A DNA stretch of 64,000 nucleotides, from NCBI GenBank assembly GCA_041674405.1, contig JBAYVT010000002.1:23158-87157 (forward strand). The letters are read 5' to 3'. The DNA is from Patescibacteria group bacterium (lineage in GTDB: Bacteria; Patescibacteriota; UBA1384; XYA2-FULL-43-10). Positions 58,557 through 64,000 of the stretch are shown one piece after another (within the stretch, counting starts at the first letter, position 1; the number at the start of each line of letters is the position of its first letter). The notes under the pieces were generated by a model. The model saw only the letters and a program-made list of their open reading frames with translations, was not told the origin of the DNA and ran no database searches. Both the position numbers and the translations under genes were made by a program.

Positions 58557-59789
58557 CTACTTCTTTAATAAATATTGTAAAGCACCCGATAAAATATTGT
58601 CGTCTGAAGCATTTGTGTCAGCCTTAATCTCCAAATCCGGCTTAATTCCAACTTTATCAATCGTATTCCCATTCGGCGTAAGCCATTTTGCAATCGTGAC
58701 CTTGATGGCTGAGCCGTCTTTTAGCTCCTCCAGTATTTGTACGCTTCCCTTGCCAAAAGTTGTTGTACCGATGATCTCACCACGCGCTCTGTCCTTAATT
58801 GCGCCAGCCAATATCTCAGCCGCTGAAGCCGATCCATCATTCACCATAACAGCCAAAGGATAATCCTTGAGTGTCGCCCGCCTTATGGTTTTATAATCCT
58901 TCTTCTTGTTGTCTTTTTCAACTTCAGAGACCACATTTCCGCCATCCAAGAAATAGCTGGCGACATCGACTGCACTATCAAGATAACCACCAGGATTGTT
59001 CCTAAGATCCAGAACAATTCCATCGGGTTTATTTTTTAAAATATCATTCGCAATGCCATCAAACAGGTTATTAGTATCATCACCAAATTGTCGGATTGTC
59101 ACATATGCAAATTTCTTGCCATCCAATGTCTTATATTCCAGCGTAACCGATGGAACCGTGATTTTTTCTCTGGTAACCCTGATTGTAATATTTTGATCCT
59201 GTCCAGGCCTCGATAATACTAATGTTACATCCGTGCCGCTTGTTCCTCTGATTTTATCAATCGTGCCTTGGAAGCCGAGATCAAAAGCATTTTGCCCGTC
59301 TACTGAAATTATCACGTCTTTTGCCTTGATTCCGGCTTTCTCCGCCGGAGAGTCAGGGAGAGGGGCAACAATGGTTAAGGAGTTATTTACTTCGGTAACC
59401 TCCACGCCGATCCCTTCAAATTGTCCGGACATATCTTCTTGAAATTTTTTGTTTTCCTCTGGGGTAAAGTACACGGTATAAGGATCATTTAGCGAATTTA
59501 GCATGCCTGAAATTGCGCCATAAACAAGGTTTTGGGGATTTATTGTATCAACCGAGTCTTGATTCAATTTGTTCCAAGCATCCCAAAAAGTTGAAAAATC
59601 GACATTTGCCGGCTTACCGGTATCGGTATTTACTACACTCGCCGGAACAAAGGGAATGTTAAGATCGATGCCCTTTTTCCCGGTGGTATATCCCGATATA
59701 AAAGCGCCCGATAGTACGATTATCAGGACAAGAAAATACAACAAACATTTAGCCCAAATTTGTTTAGGCCATTTTTTCTTTATTTTCAT
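58557..59789 (-). CDS. S41-family carboxyl-terminal processing protease
   Basis: 410 aa. TM anchor, PDZ (PAEKAGIKAKDVIISVDG), LDLRNNPGGYL, GSASAAEILAGA. Confidence 0.9.
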   Translation of the reverse strand: MKIKKKWPKQIWAKCLLYFLVLIIVLSGAFISGYTTGKKGIDLNIPFVPASVVNTDTGKPANVDFSTFWDAWNKLNQDSVDTINPQNLVYGAISGMLNSLNDPYTVYFTPEENKKFQEDMSGQFEGIGVEVTEVNNSLTIVAPLPDSPAEKAGIKAKDVIISVDGQNAFDLGFQGTIDKIRGTSGTDVTLVLSRPGQDQNITIRVTREKITVPSVTLEYKTLDGKKFAYVTIRQFGDDTNNLFDGIANDILKNKPDGIVLDLRNNPGGYLDSAVDVASYFLDGGNVVSEVEKDNKKKDYKTIRRATLKDYPLAVMVNDGSASAAEILAGAIKDRARGEIIGTTTFGKGSVQILEELKDGSAIKVTIAKWLTPNGNTIDKVGIKPDLEIKADTNASDDNILSGALQYLLKK

Positions 59790-59847
59790 GAGATAATTGT
59801 AACCAAATTAGTCTGATAAGTCTAATGGGCTAATTGGGAATTTTTGT

Positions 59848-61026
59848 TTAGTAAATGTAGCTATATCCGCCATAGCGTCCAGGATTTACGTTCTCTCGAT
59901 AGCTATACTTGAATTTAGACCAGTTATACTCCGAAACGTCAATCGTCCCGTCTCCATTTATCGCTTGCACAATCGCAACGTGACCGTACGGCATAGAAGT
60001 AGATTTTTGCCAACTAATAATTGCGCCGACACGGGGGGTGGAAGAAACGCTGTATCCTTGGTCGCCAGCAAGAACAGGCCAATTTGCCGCATCTCCATTA
60101 CCAGGCCGAGTATTATGCCAAGCTTTACCTTCCATTACATTAAAATACCATGATGCATATGATGTACATTCTCTCACCAAGAAACCATATCCAGGAGGAT
60201 CTGGGTCTGGAGTGTCTGGTGTAAGATAACAATACGGGTATCCGCCACACCCTTGGTCTTTTACGATCTCTCCTGCTCCTAGTTTTTGGCGCAATGCATA
60301 AATAGCGTCAGAAAGATTATGGATTTCTGATTTTAATGCCTCAACCCGATCTAAATAGCTCTGCTTTTGAGCCAAGGTTCCGGTAAGTAGGGTGTTTTTA
60401 TAACTCTTCTGTGCTGTTATCGAATTGAAATAACTTTCTTTCTGGTCACGCAAACTTTTCAGTTCTGCCATTTTGCTGTCCTGATCGGCTTTTTGTTTTG
60501 AAAGCTCGTCTTTCATTTCATTAATCTTCTCTGTTTCAGTCTGAATTTGTTGTTTGATAGCATCGTAATATTGCTGTTTGGTGACCGCATCAGATAACGT
60601 GCCTGAAGACAAAAGCGCATAAGTCAAGCCTGAATTATCCCCTTCCATATACCACGAAACGACAATGTTATTTAATTTAATTTTTTCTTCATCCAATTTA
60701 TTTTGCTGTTCCTCAATTTGCCTCGCCAGATCATCAATCGTGGTTTGGGTTTCTGTAATCTGATTTTCGGTAGTATCGATTGCATTTTGAGTTGAGGTGA
60801 TTTGACTATTTAGGTTATTTATTTGTGTGTTTATCGCGTCTGCTTGTTTCTGGGCAGTAGCTGCAGCTGCTGCAGCAGCCGCCGCCTGTTGTTGTTTGGC
60901 CGTCTGTTGCTTCTGCAAATCGGATAAAGAGGTTGCCGATGAGGACAAAGGAATCAAAAAAAGCGCAAAACCAAGTATTAGCGATGCGCCCCAAGTGATA
61001 AATTTTTGTATTTTTTCAACCCTCAC
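59848..61026 (-). CDS. Secreted coiled-coil / CHAP-domain peptidoglycan hydrolase (PcsB-like architecture)
   Basis: 392 aa. Signal or TM segment, long Gln-rich coiled coil with a poly-Ala run, and a C-terminal CHAP (ECTSYASWYF ... YGHVAIV). Confidence 0.85.
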   Translation of the reverse strand: MRVEKIQKFITWGASLILGFALFLIPLSSSATSLSDLQKQQTAKQQQAAAAAAAAATAQKQADAINTQINNLNSQITSTQNAIDTTENQITETQTTIDDLARQIEEQQNKLDEEKIKLNNIVVSWYMEGDNSGLTYALLSSGTLSDAVTKQQYYDAIKQQIQTETEKINEMKDELSKQKADQDSKMAELKSLRDQKESYFNSITAQKSYKNTLLTGTLAQKQSYLDRVEALKSEIHNLSDAIYALRQKLGAGEIVKDQGCGGYPYCYLTPDTPDPDPPGYGFLVRECTSYASWYFNVMEGKAWHNTRPGNGDAANWPVLAGDQGYSVSSTPRVGAIISWQKSTSMPYGHVAIVQAINGDGTIDVSEYNWSKFKYSYRENVNPGRYGGYSYIY

Positions 61027-61123
61027 TTATTCTTCTTTCCTGTACATATTATTATACTACTTATCATTTAACTGGTCAAGATATTAATATATGTTTCAAA
61101 GTTTTTTACTTTTGAATTTTGGC

Positions 61124-62032
61124 TTATTTAAGGTATTTCTTAACGGCAACAATCGAACATACAGCGCCAAGTATAACACCAACGGCAAATTGCAAAAATA
61201 TTACCAATCCGAAACTGACCCCAAGATAGCCTTGCCCCATATCAAAACCGCCGAGATAATTTCTAGCAACAGGAATTGTGATTTGAAAAGCCAAATACAA
61301 AAGCAGAGACGCAATTATGGTGGCAGCGATACCATACGCTATACCATCAACTATAAATGGACCGCGGATATACCAATCCGTCGCCCCCACAAGCTTCATG
61401 ATTTCTATTTCTTCCGATCGTGCAAATATTGTTAAGCGGATCGTATTGTAAATAACCAAAACAGAGATCAAGGCAAAAACCAAAGAAAGGCTCCAACCAG
61501 CGATATTCACAAAAGTAGTTATCCTGATAAGTTTGTCGATTAAATCTTTATTTTTGCGGTAAGATAATTCTTTGATCAACGGAGTGTATTCCTGGCTGGA
61601 AAGAAAAGAGTCAATTTTATCCAGATCCTGCGGATCTTCCGTTTTAATCTCTAAACTCCTGGGAAGCGGATTGTCGGCCTGATTGACAATATTTTTGATG
61701 TTTTCATTGTCTTTATTTCTCTCTTGCCAGATTCGCAATGCTTCTTCTTTTGAAACGTAATCTACCGATGTTACCTCCGGCCTGGCACGAATGACTTTTT
61801 GAAGCGCAGTAACCTGATCTTCAGTTGCAGAATCTTGAATATAGGCGACCATGTCGATCCTGTCTTTCAGGTTTTCCGCCATTTTATTTGTGATCACAGA
61901 AAGCGACGCAAATATCGAGATCGTGATAAGCGTAATTACCATAATCAAGGTTGAAGCAAGCGAAAGCCAGCGATTCCGCCAGAGTGAAATCAGAGATGTT
62001 TTAAATATTCGATATATTGTGAGGGTAAACAT
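61124..62032 (-). CDS. ftsX: Cell division permease-like protein FtsX
   Basis: 302 aa. TM1, periplasmic domain, three C-terminal TM helices. EEIEIMKLVGATDWYIRGPF. Confidence 0.9.
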   Translation of the reverse strand: MFTLTIYRIFKTSLISLWRNRWLSLASTLIMVITLITISIFASLSVITNKMAENLKDRIDMVAYIQDSATEDQVTALQKVIRARPEVTSVDYVSKEEALRIWQERNKDNENIKNIVNQADNPLPRSLEIKTEDPQDLDKIDSFLSSQEYTPLIKELSYRKNKDLIDKLIRITTFVNIAGWSLSLVFALISVLVIYNTIRLTIFARSEEIEIMKLVGATDWYIRGPFIVDGIAYGIAATIIASLLLYLAFQITIPVARNYLGGFDMGQGYLGVSFGLVIFLQFAVGVILGAVCSIVAVKKYLK

Positions 62033-62123
62033 ATGTTTCCTTAACCAGTTAAAAAGTTAAAAGTAAAAATTAGTTCAATGCTTAATAATTTTTTACTTGT
62101 AATTTTGAATTTTGATTTTCAAA

Positions 62124-63005
62124 TTAAAGAACGTACTTACCATGTGCCTGGTCCGCCACGATTTTTCCGTCACGCATGGTGATAACCCTCCTCTGCAGAG
62201 CATCAACCACTTCTTTGTCGTGCGTTGCGAGAAGCACGATAGTTCCCTGTCGATTGATTTTGAACAAAAGCTCAATAATTTCCCATGTAGTTACAGGGTC
62301 CAAGTTACCAGTGGGCTCATCAGCGATTAAAAGCCTTGGCTTATGCACAAGCGCTCTTGCGATCGAAACACGCTGTTTTTCACCACCTGATAATTCTTCA
62401 GATAGAGCCTTAATTCTCGAAGTCAATCCGACAATTTCAATAATTTTTGGTACTTTGTCTTCGATTTCTGCCCTGGTCGCCCCAGCCACCTCTAGAGCAA
62501 AAGCGACATTTTCATATACGGTCTTTTTTGGAAGCAATTTGAAATCTTGAAATATCACCCCGACCTTTCTGCGATAATAAGGTAAATCCCTTTTTTTAAG
62601 CTGCAAGATGTCTCGGCCGGCAACGATAATTCGTCCCGAAGTCGGATCTTCTTCTCTCGTCAAAAGCCTGATCAGGGTCGATTTGCCAGCCCCGGATGGC
62701 CCAACCAAAGATATGAATTCACCTAAAAAAACTTTGAAGGATACATCGTCCACTGCAACAATATTGCCAGGATAAGTCTTGCACACATTGATAAATTCAA
62801 TCACTGCTTCTGGTGAATTTTTTTTGGCTTTATTGCCTGGATCTGATTTTTTTTCATCAACAGAATCATTTTCTGGAACGTCTTTGGGCGGTTTAGGCAT
62901 CAGATCTTGTCCTTCAGGCTTCTCTGAGGATTTATCATGAGGCGCTTTTGTTTGAGTCTCGGAATCTGCCTTTTTATCAATTTTTGGTTTCAAAATATCC
63001 TGCAT
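62124..63005 (-). CDS. ftsE: Cell division ATP-binding protein FtsE with a disordered N-terminal extension of about 70 aa
   Basis: 293 aa. Walker A GPSGAGKST, LSGGEKQR, LLIADEPTGNLD. Confidence 0.93.
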   Translation of the reverse strand: MQDILKPKIDKKADSETQTKAPHDKSSEKPEGQDLMPKPPKDVPENDSVDEKKSDPGNKAKKNSPEAVIEFINVCKTYPGNIVAVDDVSFKVFLGEFISLVGPSGAGKSTLIRLLTREEDPTSGRIIVAGRDILQLKKRDLPYYRRKVGVIFQDFKLLPKKTVYENVAFALEVAGATRAEIEDKVPKIIEIVGLTSRIKALSEELSGGEKQRVSIARALVHKPRLLIADEPTGNLDPVTTWEIIELLFKINRQGTIVLLATHDKEVVDALQRRVITMRDGKIVADQAHGKYVL

Positions 63006-63006
63006 A

Positions 63007-64000
63007 TTATCCCATTAATTTTGTTAAATCAGTACCGATCATCTCCCCTGGCATTGCAATCTCCATGACAGATAAAATTGTGGAGGCAACATCGGCAAGA
63101 ATCCCCGTCGGTCCTTCAGAAGAATATTTTATCAAATCTTCATGCTTGAATAAAATATCGTTACTAAATAAAAGTGGCTTTTTCAAAAAATCCATTGAAA
63201 CAAAGGGTACGGGATTGGTCGTATGTTCTTTGTTTACCTCACCCGTGATCGGGTCAATCATATTTTCACAATTTCCATGATCAGCCGTAAGAAATACAAA
63301 ATATCCATTTTCCGATGCTTTCAAAAGCATTTTTTTAAGACAAGAGTCAATCGCCTCGCATGCTTTTACCGATGCCCCAAGCATTCCTGTGTGCCCAACC
63401 ATGTCCCCGTTTGCAAAATTCACAAGTATGAAGTCTTCCTTTGCTGACAGGGCAGAAATAACTTTTTCGCTCACGCCAGAAGCCGACATTTCAGGTTTTT
63501 TATCATATGTTGGCACTTTTGGAGATGGCACGACTATATCATTCTCGTTTTTGTGCGGCTTTTCTACCCCACCATTGAAAAAATAAGTCACATGAGGATA
63601 CTTTTCAGTCTCAGCAGTATGAAATTGCTTAAGCCCAGACTCGGAAATAATGTCAGAAAAGGTATTTTTTAGATTTGTAGGCTTAAAAATTACCGGTAGG
63701 CCATACCTTGCATCATATTCTGTCATTGTAGCGATATTAAGCGGCGTAATTTTGTTTCGGCGAAAACCATTAAATTCAAAACTTGAGAAGGCCTCGAGGA
63801 GTTGGCGAACGCGATCTACGCGAAAATTGTAGAAAATTATCGTGTCACCGTGCTCGATCAAACCAGTTTTATCTATTACGCAAGGCTCAATAAACTCGTC
63901 AAATATCTGATTATCATAACTATCCTTGATCGCCTCAAGAACCGAAGAAAATTCTTTCCCCTTCCCTTCGGTCATCAGGCGATAAGCTTTTTCGGTACGT
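63007..64000 (-). CDS. gpmI: 2,3-bisphosphoglycerate-independent phosphoglycerate mutase (copy 2), with the 5' end beyond the window
   Basis: The frame stays open upstream of the track Met (..RTEKAYRLMTEGKG..) to position 64000. ETEKYPHVTYFFNGG, NFANGDMVGHTG, TADHGNCE. Confidence 0.9.
   Translation of the reverse strand, partial: RTEKAYRLMTEGKGKEFSSVLEAIKDSYDNQIFDEFIEPCVIDKTGLIEHGDTIIFYNFRVDRVRQLLEAFSSFEFNGFRRNKITPLNIATMTEYDARYGLPVIFKPTNLKNTFSDIISESGLKQFHTAETEKYPHVTYFFNGGVEKPHKNENDIVVPSPKVPTYDKKPEMSASGVSEKVISALSAKEDFILVNFANGDMVGHTGMLGASVKACEAIDSCLKKMLLKASENGYFVFLTADHGNCENMIDPITGEVNKEHTTNPVPFVSMDFLKKPLLFSNDILFKHEDLIKYSSEGPTGILADVASTILSVMEIAMPGEMIGTDLTKLMG

Noticed and set aside
60850-60895. 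GCN-rich simple repeat (poly-Ala codons) inside the CHAP hydrolase gene
   Set aside because: It encodes the AAAAAAAAA run within the coiled-coil linker. This is ordinary low-complexity coding sequence, not a separate element.

Overview
The window is AT-rich and tightly packed with short, often overlapping housekeeping genes, mostly on the minus strand. This fits a small-genome bacterium; a CPR/Patescibacteria-like lineage is my inference only. Recognisable content:
- Lower glycolysis: eno, two gpmI paralogs, fba, pgk, gap, tpiA and a PfkB kinase.
- Translation: rpsB-tsf-frr, rpmE-prfA-prmC, rplI, proS, gatCAB and tRNA-Ile.
- Envelope and division: ddl, a membrane-anchored Mur ligase, ftsEX, a CHAP hydrolase and an S41 protease.
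- Proteostasis: clpP, tig, htrA, htpX, rseP.
- A four-subunit group-3b-like [NiFe] hydrogenase operon plus hypC.

No CRISPR array, transposase, integrase or rRNA was seen.

The strongest anomaly is a ~1.3 kb G+C-rich island between purF and ligA (about 49.44-50.71 kb). It holds two orphan ORFs, each followed by its own terminator and preceded by a -35-like box (a full promoter only for the first). A second G+C-rich islet with a 50-aa ORF lies at about 15.9-16.1 kb.

Other notable items:
- A kinase-like gene translationally coupled inside the hydrogenase operon.
- A ~180-nt structured RNA candidate transcribed ahead of tRNA-Ile.
- An untracked 56-aa ORF with 11 cysteines.
- A minimal SET-domain protein.
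- A fusion of a ribbon-helix-helix domain to a nucleotidyltransferase.

All family calls rest on motifs read by eye. No database search was run.
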